A DNA stretch of 64,000 nucleotides from Camelus ferus (lineage: Eukaryota), in NCBI RefSeq assembly GCF_009834535.1, contig NC_045696.1:24988001-25052000 (forward strand), read 5' to 3'. The translations under genes were made by a program, and so were the position numbers. The notes below the pieces were generated by a model. The model saw only the letters and a list, made by a program, of their open reading frames with translations. It made no database searches and had not been told where the DNA came from. Positions 51,546 through 64,000 of the stretch are shown piece by piece. Every line of letters starts with the position of its first letter. Position 1 is the first letter of the stretch.

Positions 51546-53407
51546 AGGTAAATTTTTAACATACGGTATTATAAAAATTATTTGTAACATGATTTTGAAT
51601 TCTTATGCTGGATATTTTTATACATCAAATGTCTAAGGCTGCTTTCTCTTGGCTTTGTTTTATAGAGCTGACATTACATTACATCCTAACATATTTTTTA
51701 ACTTTAATGAAGCTCTTTTGAGTCTAGTTTTCTATGAACTATTGTGTTGTATAACTAAAAGACCCCTATATATGATGGACATTTCCAGGAATTGGTTAAC
51801 TCAATAAAACGATCTTACTTCTCAAATACATCTTATAATAACTAGTATGTCAATAACTGCCACTGGATATTAAACTATTTTATAATCTAAAGTGGAAAAA
51901 AAATAACACTAGCTATTAAACAATCAGTAACTCTCCAGGGCTTGCAAGTTTTCAGAGATCAGGTTGATGATAAGTCTGAATACATCTGGGGAAGATTTGT
52001 TCCTCACACTTTTCTGCTCCCACTTCAGCTTTGCTTGAGTGTGTTAACATTATGAATAATGTCAATACCAAAATGAAATTTGAAGGCAACTTACTAAATT
52101 CAGAGATATCAGAGGGAAATGGATTAACATATGAGAAGTTGTAGAAATATGTGCTAAGAATGTATAACATACATTTTGATATTTGTGACAGTTTTACATA
52201 TGAACAGTTTATATGGTAGTAATTTTGCCATGCTGACACAGATCAAATGTTAACTTTTTAGTTAGTATGTCTTTCTTTTTCACTCTTGAAATAAATAATT
52301 GATTTCTCAAGATAAGAAAACTGTCAGTAGTTCATCACTACAGAATTTCTAAAATAACTTATTTTTCTAAAAATCATTGTTGAAATCCATTAAGAAATTA
52401 AGCAAGCTTGTATAGTGTATTTCTAATACCTTAGTCTCTCTCTGTCATGCAAGGGCCTGAAAATTCCATTTAAAGGTTAACAGGATTATAGATGTTAGAG
52501 TTTGAGAAGTAAAGAGTTTGGTCTAGGTCACCATGTCTGTTAGTTTGTCCATGTATTTGTTGGGTTCTGGCTCCAGAATAATATGGTAAAACACTGGGAA
52601 CAACCAAAACTTTCTGAAAATGTTTACAAAGAAATTTTCCCTAAAGGTGGCTGATTTTTTTAACTTCAGGCCAGATTGAGATAAGGTGCATTAATGCTCA
52701 GTTTAATACTATTTTATCTGTGGTTATGTAACTAGCATTTTTTTCCTCATAAAATATTATAAAATAGATTATCCTTGTTGTATTCCATTGCTAAAATGGA
52801 AATAAATAATTGGATTCTTTTGAGTTTAAGGAACACCACCAGGCTGGGAAATCACTATGGGGGGGTTGAGATGGGAGTTTTATTTATGCTTTAAACTAAA
52901 TCACAAAATAAAATAGACATCCATTTTTTTCTGTCCTTTGTTTTTCTCTAAGGTTATAAAAGAAAAGATTCATACTGGCAGATAATGAATTCATAGCACT
53001 AATCCCTTAGCTAAATCCTTTCTAACTTTCAAAATTCCAGGTCAGAGCTCTCTTTTGCCTGTTGACTACCCTACTTTGCTTCCTATTGGGATTCTTGTCA
53101 TTAAGTAATGATGGTAGGCAGGATATATTTGGAAATGGAGATTCTTAAACTCTTGGCTTATTACAGTAATCTACATTGTGGCAATGAGACGAAATGATGG
53201 GCATTCATCATATCCAGCAACAAACAAGCTCCATGTGGTCCACTGATTGGCCAGCAAACCCCTTATCTTTCCTCATTTTTTTTTTTTTCAAATTTCTTCT
53301 CAACTCAAACCTTTTACCAAGGTGAAATTTGACAGAGCCTATGTGGCTTTGTTTACCGTTACTATTTATTTAAAGGTTGCTTTTTTCATTATAATGATCT
53401 CAATGCC

Positions 53408-53547
53408 CAGGACCTGCTACATGACAATATGGAGCCCTTTGTTTAAAAATATTAAGAATATCAAGGCAGCAACACCAGAAAACTTAACCCGGAGCAGGGC
53501 TTTTCTAATCCCAGGGCCCTTTGTGACTATCCATGAAACTAACCCAG
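53408..53547 (-). mobile_element. MER91A-like hAT MITE
   Basis: caggacctgctacat...gccctttgtttaaaaatattaagaatatcaaggcagcaacaccaga...gggccctttgtgact...ccatgaaactaacccag matches the reverse complement of MER91A as recalled. Confidence 0.75.
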
Positions 53548-54237
53548 TTAACACAAAGCATCCACACCAAGATTAACCTGGAGTGTTGCCAAAGCAGTTT
53601 TTCCCTGAGCTAGACCTTTTGCTCCATTTATTCAAACTCTACATTTGATTGTGCCTTATTTCGTTCTTGTTAATTTTAAGAATGTCAGCACTCTGAAACC
53701 TTCTTCAACATTTTTTACAGTAAATATTAGTGACTGACATATCTTCACAAATCCACTGATTCAGCATTTTCTGTATCTTTAATATAGCACATGTAGTATT
53801 TTAAACCATTTATAGTAATTTGAGTATAACTTTACCCATTGTCTAATATTATACACTGTAAAATTTTTTCTTAACATTTTATTTTTTCCTCCCAAAGTAC
53901 AGGATATTATATTTTGCTATATATGATCCATCATTACTTTACATGCCACATGATCCTTGCCAAATTTCCAAGTTCTTTGTATTATTAAGCTAATAATGCA
54001 TCCTTCATATCACTATTTCTTGCACAGCGCTCTCCCTTCATATTTCATTCAAGAAATCATTAAAGTGAAATATTGAATTAATTATGACCTAATTATGTCA
54101 TCTCTTTATTTGTCCACTATTTGCCATCTTAACTTAGTTCTCTATGTGTTAATATAGAACATCATATAATTAGGCCTGATCAATATATTTGCTCTAAATG
54201 ATACTGGGAATGTATATATCCATTACACCTAATTTTT

Positions 54238-57200
54238 ATTTTTTATCTTATACTTTTTAAATTGAACTATATAATTGACTTACAATATTATATTAGTTTC
54301 GGGTGTACAACATAATGATTTGATATTTTTATACATTATGAAATGATCACCATGGTAAGTAATTATACAAAGATAGGAAAATGTTGTTGGCTATATTCCC
54401 TATGCTGTACTTTACATCCCTGTGACTTATTTATTTGATGACTGGAAGTTTGTACCTATCAACCCTTTTCACCTGTTTCTCCCATTCTCCCACCCTCCTC
54501 CTTTCTGGCAATCACCCATTTGTTCCCTGTATCTATGAGTCTGTTTCTGTTTTGTTGTGTTTGTTCATTTGTTTTGTTTTTCAAATTCCATACATGAGTC
54601 AAACCATATGATATTTTCTTTCTCTGTTTGACTTACTTCACTATCATAATACCCTCTGAGTCTATCCATGTTGTTGTAAATGGCAAGCTTTTAATCTTTT
54701 TGTGTCTGAGTAATATTATATTGTGCATATGCCACTTAATCTTTATTCATTCAGTTTTCGATGGGTATTGAAAGTGCTTCCTTATCTTGGGTATTGTAAA
54801 TAATGCTGCAGTGAACATTGGGGTGCAAATATCTTTTTGACTTAATGTTTTCATGTTCTTTGGGTGAATACCCAAAAGTAGAATTGCTGTATCTTTATGG
54901 TAGTTCAATTTTTAGCTTTTGGAGGAAACTTCATACTGTTTTCCATACTGACTGCACTAATTTACATTTCTATCAACATTGTATGAGGGTTCCCTTTTCT
55001 GAACATCTTATCCAACACTTGTTATTATTTGTCTTTTTGATAGTCATCATTCTTATATGTGTGAGATGTTATCTCATTGTGGTTTTGATTAGCATTTACC
55101 TGATGGCTAGTGATGTTGAACATTTTTTTATATGCCTGTTGATCATCTGTATGTCTTCTTTGGGAAAATGTCTATTCAGATCCTCTGCCCATTTTTAAAC
55201 TGGACTGCTTGTTTTCTTTTGATATTGAGTAGTATGTGTTATTTGTATATTTTTATATTAACCCCTTATCAGACATATTTACAAATATCTTCTCCCATTT
55301 TATAGGTTGCCTTTAATTTTACTGATTATTTCTTTCATCATACAAAAGCTTTTTAATTTGATGTAATCCCATTTATTCATTTTTGCTTTTGTTATTCTTG
55401 CCTGAGGAGACAAAATGTAAAAAAATAATGTTGCTAAGATAGATGTCAGAGCTTACTATCTATATTTCCTTCTAGGAGTCTTATGGTTTCAGGTAATTTT
55501 ACATGCATTTTGAGTTTATTTTTGTGTATGGTGTAAGAAAGTGGTCTAGTTTTATTCTATTGCATGTAGCTGTCCAATTTTCCCAACACTACCTATTGAA
55601 GAAGCTTTCTTTTCCCCATTGTATATTCTTGCCTTCTGTGTCATAGATCAATTTGTTATATAAGTGTGGGTTCATTTTTGGGCTCTCTATTACATTCCAT
55701 TGATCTATGGGTCTCTTTTGTGCCAGTATCTTATTGTTTGACTACTATACCATGTAGTATAGTTTGAAATTGGGGAATGTGATACCTCCAGCTTTGTTCT
55801 TCTTTCTTAAAATTGCTTTTGCCTTTCAAGGTCTTATGCAGTTCCATACAAATTTTAGGATTATTTATTCTAGTTCTGTGAAAAATGCCTCTGGAATTTT
55901 TAAAGGGATTGCTTTTAATCTGTAGATTGATTTGTATCGTCAAAGTATGGATATTTTAACATTATGAATTCTTCCAGTCTGTGAGCATAGTATATCTTTT
56001 CATTTATTTGTGTCATCTTCAGTTTCTTTCATCATTGTATGATAGTTTTCAGAGTAAAGCTCTTTCATCCCTTTGGTTAAATTTATTTCTAGGTAATTTT
56101 TTAAATGTTTGATTCAATTGAAAATGGGATTGTTTTCTTAATTTCTCTTTCTGATGTTTTGTTATTAGTGTATGGAAATGCAGCAGATATCTGTATATCA
56201 ATTTTATATCCTGTAACTTTACTGAACTCATTTATTCTAATAGTTTTTTGGTGGCATCATTAGGGTTTTCTATATATAGTATCATCTAATTTGCAAATAG
56301 TGACAGTTTCATTTCTTCCTTTCCAATTTTGATGCCTTTTATTTCTTTTTCTTGTCTGATTGCTGTGACTTGGACTGTAATCAATAGAAGTAGTAAGTCT
56401 GGGCATCCATGTCTTGTTCCTGATCTTAGAGTAACAGCTTTCAGGTTTATCACCATTGAGTATGATGTTGGCTGTGGGTTTGTCATATGTACTCTTTATT
56501 ATGTTGCAGTATGTTACCTCTAAACCACTTTGCTGAGAGTTTTTATCTTAAATCAGTGTTGAATTTTGTCAAGTGCTTTTTCTGCATCTATTGAGATGAT
56601 CAATTTTTATTCTTAGTTTTTTTTCTTTTTGCCATTCTAATTGGGTTATTTCTACTATTCTGTCTTCCAGATTGCTAATTCATTCTTCTCTATCTTCTAA
56701 TCTGCTGACAATTTCCTCTAGTGTATTTTTCATTTCAATTATTGTGTTTTTCAGCTCTGAATGATTCTTCTTATATTTTTAAGTCTAAGTTGAAGTTCTC
56801 ACTGTGTTCCTATATTCTTTTCCCAAGTTTGGTGAGCATTTTTATGACAATTACTTTAAACTTTGTATCAGGTAAATTACTCATTTCATTTCATTAGAAG
56901 TCCTCCCTACCAATCCAGGTTTAATCTTGTTCTTCCACTTGGAACATACTTCTGTCTCATCATTTTTTTTTTTTTTTTGATTTTCTGTGTTTGTGTCTAT
57001 AAATTAGGTGAAACAGCTACTTCTTCCAGTCTTGAAGGCATTGCCTTGTGTAGGAGAGTCCCTTGTATAGACTCCAGATAGATGGAGATAGAGTAGGTGT
57101 GGACTAGTGGATCCCAGAGTGCACCTTACTGGAGCTTCCCTGGTGGGTTGGCTGGAGTTGGAGTGGACACAGGCCAGGAGTTCCCAGGATGTTCTATGCC

Positions 57201-57738
57201 AGGACTACCTTGTGGGGATGGCTGTAGCTGGTGTGGACCAGGGGCCTGGGGGTATATTGGGGCAGCCTTGACAGGCCAGCTAGAGTGCTGATATGTGTTC
57301 TTGCCCACACTATCAAAGTAGAGAAGGAATACAGAATTGGCCCTCTGACACTGGAGAGTTCCGATAATTCCTCATCCACTTGGCAGATGATCTAGGATTG
57401 GTAAATGGATTTCTTTCACATGCAGTCTACATGTCCTTGAAACCACTATTTATTTCGCTCTGACCCTGGATGGTTAAGACTGCCCATGGGTCCTTAAGTG
57501 ATATCTCTCCCTACTTTAGGTCATTGCACTGAGGATGGAGTTCCCAACAATTCCATGTCTTCATCCTCCTACTTGTCTTTTTGGGGTCCCTTTATCATTT
57601 GTTATGCAGAAGCTGTTCAATTAGCCCTCAGTTCTTCTTCAGGAGGGATTGCTTTGTGGGTAAGTGTAAATTTGATGTGTCTGTGGGAGGAGGTGAGTTC
57701 AGAGTCTTCCTATACCACCGTCTGGACAAGAAAAATTC
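54238..57738 (-). mobile_element. Laurasiatherian-type L1 with 5'UTR, ORF1 5' part, ORF2 3' half and 3'UTR; large internal deletion; 18-bp TSD
   Basis: TSD ccattacacctaattttt (54220-54237) / ccattacagctaattttt (57739-57756). GC-richer 5'UTR at ~57050-57730 and ORF1 coiled-coil DNA at ~56630-56950. RT remnant LRSGTRHGCP..LL....AIRQEKEIKGIKIGKEEMKLSLFAN at 56286-56486. Confidence 0.92.
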
Positions 57739-58480
57739 CCATTACAGCTAATTTTTAACTTTCTGGTTAATATTTCTGTTGCATGACTTTTTTCAATAAT
57801 ATTCTTAGTAAGTGTTGGTACAGTTTGAACATATCAAGTGTAAAATCAGCAATAATGGGCAGTTTGTTCCCTTTATGAATTTCTTATCTATCAAAGGTCA
57901 GCCTTTGACATCTATGGTACTTGTGATAACCTGGGAAGTTCTTCAGTGTATAACGATACCTTTAAAAATGTCTCTGGAAAAAAAAAAAAAAGAAACTTGA
58001 AAATACCATTTTTTCAGTCTCAGTGCCTCAGCTTCAGCCATCAGGGTCCTCATAGCACCAGGCCCAAGTCATCATGCCTGCATCCTTCACAACCTCCCTC
58101 CCTCCTACCTCTCATCATTCAATTTCATCTGTACTCTAGTTTCAGGTTGATAAAATTAAAATACTGCCATCCCCATGTGTCTTCCTGAATCAGTAAGATA
58201 ATGACCCTGCTGTGCCTATGTGTTGAAAGTCTGGACTTTACATTGGACTCTCTCTTTTTCCTCAAAGCATGCATCCTGGCTTGAGCAGAGTCTGTATCTG
58301 TCTTTCACTACTTGTGTAAAGTGCCTGTTTTATTTCTTCTTGTTCTGCCAACCCGGATTTTCTTACTCTTTTAATGCTTATTCTCCCTTTAAAGTCTTCA
58401 CTATTTATTTCAGTTTATATTTTTTTCCTCACACATCTTTAAACTTGTGGCATCTTTGTAATAGCTACTGGAATATAGTA

Positions 58481-58772
58481 CAGTTGTCCCTTAGTACACA
58501 CGGGGGATTGGTTGCAGGAGCCCCCTCAGATATCACAATCTGCAGATGCTAACGCCCTTTTTATAAAATGGTGTACAAATGTCGGCCCTCCGTAGCCACA
58601 GGTTTTGCAGCCATGGATTCACCTACTGCAGACTGAAGTTTGATCAGCAGTTGTTTGAATCCATAGTTGCAAAACCTGAAGATATGAAAGTCTAACTGTA
58701 CAATTACTGAAAAACTTCCATATATCAGCAGGACCTGTGCAGTTCAAACTTGTGTTGTTCAAAGGTCAACTG
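58481..58772. mobile_element. Tigger2-family MITE (MER8/Tigger2a-like), full length
   Basis: TIRs CAGTTGTCCCTT / AAAGGTCAACTG flanked by TA duplications (58479-58480, 58773-58774). Internal gggggattggttgcagga and gcagttcaaacttgtgttgttcaa. Confidence 0.92.
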
Positions 58773-59889
58773 TATTTAATTTTTTTCTAGTTTATATTCC
58801 TGGAGAAGGGCATGGGTGCTTCATCCAAGTAAGAATGAACATTTTAAATGTTTTAAAATACATAATTTTATTTTCCAAATGTGTTGTATCAAATATAATT
58901 AAATATATAAATTATTAAGATATTTTCTCTATTAAAAAATCATCTTTGCTTTGAAGACCATCTGCTCAGAAATATGTGTTGCTTTTAAAAGTCACATTCC
59001 TGACCTCTTATATTCCAACCATTATCACAGTGTGTAGATTAAAAAAGTAACTAGTATGAAATAGTTGTTACAGGAGCTCTATTAAAACATCAGTCTATTA
59101 AAACCTTGGCAGATCATAGCTTTCTAAGGGGAGAAAAGGAAACCTACATGAGAGTTGGTGATGTACTTCTTGTTTGTTACGATAAAAATAAAATAAACAT
59201 ATTGCTTCATGGCAATGGATGTCAAACTTAACAAAATATATTTAGGAACAAGGTATAAAACATAAATAACATGAAATAAGGGGGATTATAGCTAATATTT
59301 TTCAGGAGATTAATATACATACATCTCATTAGGAAGTATTGGCTGCTGTAGAAAATATAGTAGCATGTATTGTAAAGATTAGAAGAGAAATCTAATTTTA
59401 TGAATTTTATGTAGCCATAGAAGGAGTAACATTTAACTGTCTGATTCTTGATAACTGTTTATAGATCTTTCTCCTACCTTTGGTTAGATTCTTGTGAATT
59501 TAAGAATATCTTATCATTTCAGTTGGAATGGCATGAGACCTTGGAAGCACAGGGTACTAGGGATCAATATATAACAGATAAATGACTTGAACAGGTGGTA
59601 CTTAATGCTTTTACACATATTGATCACTTGGGAGAATTTACAGTTACTGAAGTGAATACCAACTAGAATAATGTGACTTCAGTGACTAAAGAAACTAAGT
59701 CAAAAAACGTCACCCCTTACAAGAATGCACAAAAAATATACATCATATCTTCAATTCAGTTCTGACTTCAGTCTGTCAGCAACAAAGTTAAGTCTAGCAA
59801 TAAGTTTAAGTTTGAGGATAAAAATACTAAGGCACAGCCTTATCCTTTAGTAAGTTCTACTTTTGAGGCAAGAGATCATCAAAGACATA

Positions 59890-60020
59890 GGTATAAGAAA
59901 GAGGACATAGCCCTGGAGTGAAAAATACAAAGTTTGACTCTAAGATTTATGTGACATCCAGCAAGGCTAGTGACTTATTCTCTTAATCTCAGATTCTCCA
60001 TTTGCTAAACTGTTAGATAT
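59890..60020 (+). mobile_element. MIR fragment
   Basis: gaggacatagccctggagtgaaaaatac...tatgtgacatccagcaag...ttctcttaatctcagattctccatttgctaaa. Confidence 0.6.
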
Positions 60021-60199
60021 TTTGTAAATTTTCCCCTGACTCAAACTTTAATTGGGATTTACTTCAAACAGTTTAATTTTCATCACTGACTCTGTTTCTC
60101 TAGCCTTTTACTAGAGCTTAGTCACAAATGTCAGTATGTCATCAGATATGCAGATTAAAGGCCCCTTTAAGGTGGTAGAATGTAGTGATCAAAGAAGTT

Positions 60200-60285
60200 C
60201 TTAAGATAACTGTGAGACATTTCTGTTGTTTAAGGTGCCTTGTTTGGTACTTTGTTATGGTAGCCCCAGGAGATTAATCTAAATA
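60200..60285 (+). mobile_element. MaLR (MLT1) LTR 3' fragment
   Basis: aactgtgagacatttctgttgtttaagg...ttggtactttgttatggtagccccaggagattaat. Confidence 0.75.
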
Positions 60286-60889
60286 CAAATATTTTAATCA
60301 AAAGAAATAAAAGCCAGGGAACTCTAGCACCTCCAGTTCTCCATAGAGTGTCCTATCTTGTCATTTCTTGGGGTTTTTATGAGGCACTTCAAGCATTAAG
60401 TAGCAGGTTTGTAGAGCACTGCATGGGCCCACCATTTCCCCACTCCTTTCCCACACTAGCCCTCCCCTGTTAGAGACCTGCAGTGATTACCAGGCAACAG
60501 TTAAACGTCTGCCCATGACCCTCAACACTCTGCCTTCTCTTAATTGTGGCAATTACCAACTCTCTAGGTAAATAAATACCCTTGGACGTAGCCACTTCAA
60601 TGTGCTGGCGTCCTCAGCACTTTACATTCTGTGGAAAAGTACAAAGAGCTCTTCTGATTCCTTCCTGTTGTCGTTTACACCAGGCAGGTGTCCAGGTAGT
60701 GACATAACTGCCCTGGTGACTCAGGAAAATTTCAGTGAAAATTGTTTTCTGTTTAATAGGGCTACACTATGAAGTCAGGCTTATAATTCATGAGTCCTGA
60801 TTTTGAATGCATTTTTCCAAGAGAATCGTCAAACCCCTACACAAAGACAATTTACTAGGCATGCTAGTTGTTTAGATATGTCAATTATT

Positions 60890-61670
60890 GACAGAAATAC
60901 TCAAAATGAGACCTCTCAAAAATATATATCAATGGTAAATAAGTACTGAATATTTTTTTAAAAATTCTGAATCATTAGGAAAAATGCAAACAAAAACCAC
61001 AATAGGATGCCACTGTATGGCTACTAGAATGGCTAAAATGTCAAAAGAAATTACTAGAAGACAGATTGCTATGAGGATATGAAGAAATTTAAACCCTCAT
61101 GCATTGTGATGGGAATTGTACAATGTTGTATTTGCTTTGGAAAACAAAAGGGGAGTTTCTTTTAAACTTAAGTATACGCTTATCATATGACTCAGCTATT
61201 TTATTCCTAGGTATTTACCCAAAAGAAATGAAAACATGTGTTCATACAAGGAACTGTTTGCAAACGTTTATAGCGCTTTTATTCATATAGCCTCAAAGTG
61301 GAAATCACCCAGATGTCCATCCATTGGTAAGTGGATAGACAAATGAAACACTACTCATTAACTAAAGAAATTTATTTTTAATCTTCAAATCATTACATTA
61401 AGTCAAAGAAAGCAAACAAGACAATGTAGGGTGTTATCTCCACCTATCTGATATTCTATCATAAGCGCAACTATAAAAGAGGAATCTGATTGCAGTGGCC
61501 AGGGACTAGGGGTGGGATTGAGATGAGAACTGGTTACCAAGTGGGACGGCCAACTTATTAGGGTGATGGACATGTTCTATATCTCCACTGAAGTGGTTGT
61601 TACTATAAACATCAAACTGAGCACTGAAAAGAAGAAAATTATATTATATGTATATTGTGCTTGAATAAAT
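60890..61670 (+). mobile_element. Old L1 (L1MD/ME-like) 3' end
   Basis: tcattaggaaaaatgcaaacaaaaaccacaataggatgccact. ORF 61099-61290 contains LSYDSAILFLGIYPKEMKTCVHT. 3'UTR gggtgatggacatgttctatatct...aataaa. Confidence 0.9.
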
Positions 61671-62689
61671 AGCAGTTAGAAATTGGACTTTTATCACAAT
61701 AAAATGATCTCATAACAAGTCCTGAATCTCTCTGATCAAGAGATGGACCAGCTTCATGATGACAGATAAAACCAGATCAGCACCTTCAGAGAAGAAATTA
61801 TCAGAGATTCTCTGGCTTGGTGTTCTTATGATGGTAGCAGTAGGAACTGATAATTCTTTGCTTTTGTTGTTTTAGGTGGGGAACAGGACTTTTCTAACAG
61901 AGGGGTTTAAGGCAAGAGTAACTGTTTATTTCATATTAGCAATTACATAAACTCAATGTAACAATTATCCATAAAAAATAATTTGGAAAGAGCCTAAAAT
62001 CCAATCTACCTTTTAAGAAGCATATCATAAATAGACTCGACCTGCAAACTTTTTGCAGATGTTTGGGAAGCCAAAAATTTCCTCTCTATAAAGATACCCC
62101 TAATTCAGGCTTCAGAGACTAGTCTTTCTAAATCTGCAGCAAAATGATCGATAATTGAATCATGAGACACACAATACTTTTCAAGATGACTCTTTTTGAG
62201 TGTTGAATGTATATAGTCGATATAGCTATTAATAGAAAAAACTAAAAATTTAGCAGCTTTTGAAAATTTAGTCAGTACAATATGTAAGCCATTGTTTTAT
62301 TTGATGGCACAACCGAAAAACAGGAGCTCCCATGCTTCTTTTTAAAAATATTTTACATAACCTAAGGAGATATAAATCACTGGGTAAGATTTAAATATGT
62401 GTTTTGTTAGGAAACAGAAGGATCCCAGACTTGAAAATAGTGAGAAAAAAAATTTACATGACCAGATATGCTTATTTTTTCACTGTTTTTTGTATTTTTG
62501 TTGTTGTTAATTTTTTCAGCATTTAAATAATATATCTACTGGAGTAATATTTGGTCATTCACTATTTGTCATTTCAGGAATATTTTATTTTCTTAGACCT
62601 GAATCTTCTATCTTATTCTTGAATAACTTAAATTGCATTTTCAGGTTACATTCAACTTTGTACTGGTTTTATTTGAAATTGTTATTTTA

Positions 62690-62940
62690 AGAGGATATGG
62701 TTTGTAATAGTGGAAAGGGTGAGTGCTTTGAAATGAGGAATCCTGGATAGTCTAATATTGGTTCAAATTCTAGACCCTCTTGTTATAACTTTGTTACGTA
62801 GGAAGCAATGATATATGTTTTGCATTTTTTACCCTTAATTTCCTCATTTATAAAATGGAAATAAAATATTTGACAAAATTATATTAATAGTGGAATAAGA
62901 TCCATATACTTAGCGCTCAGTAAATGAAAGCTGCTATGAT
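62690..62940 (+). mobile_element. MIR SINE
   Basis: tagtggaaagggtgagtgctttgaaat...ggttcaaattctag...ccttaatttcctcatttataaaatggaaataaaa...gcgctcagtaaatg. Confidence 0.8.
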
Positions 62941-62999
62941 TTATTTATTGATCAGTAGATTCACCTAGCTGTTCACCTACCCTTTATTTTCTGCAGACA

Positions 63000-63210
63000 A
63001 ATCAAGTTTCAAGTTCAAATTCTAGATAGATATTGCATTAACTTTGTGAATTTGACAAATTACTTACTTTTCAAAGTCTAAATTTTCACGTATATAAAGT
63101 AGATACTGTAACTCACACCTTAAAGAATGGCTATTGATATTAAAGTGTCTAGAAATCTAGCTTAGTGCTTAGAACATAGTAGGTGCTCATTTATGATAAT
63201 TGCTGCTATT
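63000..63210 (+). mobile_element. MIR SINE
   Basis: gttcaaattctag...ttaactttgtgaatttgacaaattacttac...gcttagaacatagtaggtgctca. Confidence 0.7.
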
Positions 63211-64000
63211 TTAGCTTTTAGACTTACTATTGCTAATACTACATAGATTGATTCAGTATTTGACTTTTCTCAAATATATTTTTGTGTTATTTAAAACATA
63301 CTTTCCTGCATCAAAATGACAGAAATTAAATATTTAAATGAAAATTTAAGCTTTACACAGATAATTATCATAGTGATTTTGAATAAAAGATATAAAATCC
63401 ATAGGAAAAAAGAACATAAAAATTATTAATGCTCTGTTTAAGACAAATTGCTTATAGATGCATTATATGAATGCTGGGAATTAACAGTTTTTACAGAAAC
63501 AAAGTGCTGGTGGTGAGATATTTTGATAATTGACATTATTCAGATAATTATTCTAATACACAAAGTGTTTAAAAAACCATGGATATGAGTTTTGCACAAC
63601 ATTTTTATCAGCATTGATTTGTTATTTTATCCATTGTTATTAAGTGCATTTTTGTTATTCATTGTCATTAACTGTGGTATTGTGGAATTTTTAAAAAAGT
63701 ATTATATAAATGAGGTTATCTTATAGTATAAAAATACTATTATTTTTCAGAGATTGTCATTTTTCTTTATTTGTCTTAAGAGATCAATTATTTAAGATTT
63801 TTAAAAATATGAATCACAGATCTCATTTGAAGTAAACATATTTATTTTTAATTACTCATAGGGGATCCTCATTAATCTATTATAAAATACATTTTTTCCT
63901 TCCATAAAAGTTTTGTTTCAAAATAACTGCTTATCCAAATCATACTTAAATGGGACTTAGTTATATTTTAAAATAGGTAAAAAGCAGTATTTCCACAGAG

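Larger units (their letters stand above)
13773..64000 (+). other. ROBO2: 5' part of the very long ROBO2a intron following the signal-peptide exon
   Basis: No downstream exon encoding the expected Ig1 sequence (SRLRQEDFPPRIVEHP...) is visible. The sequence is repeat-dense. In human this intron exceeds 1 Mb. Confidence 0.8.

Noticed and set aside
54818..55198. 126-aa hydrophobic plus-strand ORF
   Set aside because: Antisense reading of T-rich L1 ORF2, a common source of spurious membrane-like ORFs.
61850..61925. Strong acceptor ttctttgcttttgttgttttAG|GTGGGG as a recursive site or exon
   Set aside because: The regenerated donor GTGGGG is poor and no convincing downstream donor or ORF is present.
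1..64000. Prokaryote-type systems (CRISPR arrays, operons, defence islands), NUMTs or processed pseudogenes
   Set aside because: No regularly spaced repeat-spacer array, no long ORFs, and no mitochondrial or mRNA-like segment recognised. The window is mammalian intronic DNA.

Overview
AT-rich, CpG-poor mammalian genomic DNA. It is very probably camelid, judged from the tRNA-derived SINE at ~33.25-33.37 kb and the cetartiodactyl-type L1, LTR and Tigger elements. The only coding sequence I can support is one 119-nt exon on the + strand (13654-13772), which the ORF track misses. It encodes MARRQGRVTRRMWTWDLRLLVILILWSQQGNGQGQ(G), the signal-peptide first coding exon of the long distal-promoter isoform of the axon-guidance receptor ROBO2 (ROBO2a). 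Everything else is inferred to be intron: the end of the upstream intron and the first ~50 kb of the very long downstream intron. That intron is filled with L1, L2, MIR, MaLR/ERV LTRs, hAT and Tigger MITEs and microsatellites. All ORF-track entries are chance ORFs or decayed L1 fragments. I found no convincing new multi-gene system. The best leads are an overlapping out-of-frame uORF on the ROBO2a start, AG|GT recursive-splice-like sites, a TSD-bounded L1 with both ends but a large ORF1-to-RT deletion, a possible SINE-L1 chimeric insertion, a perfect DR3/CCAAT/GT-box cluster and a pre-miRNA-sized hairpin. Repeat family names come from recalled consensus sequences, not a search. Repeat boundaries without TSD or TIR evidence are approximate.
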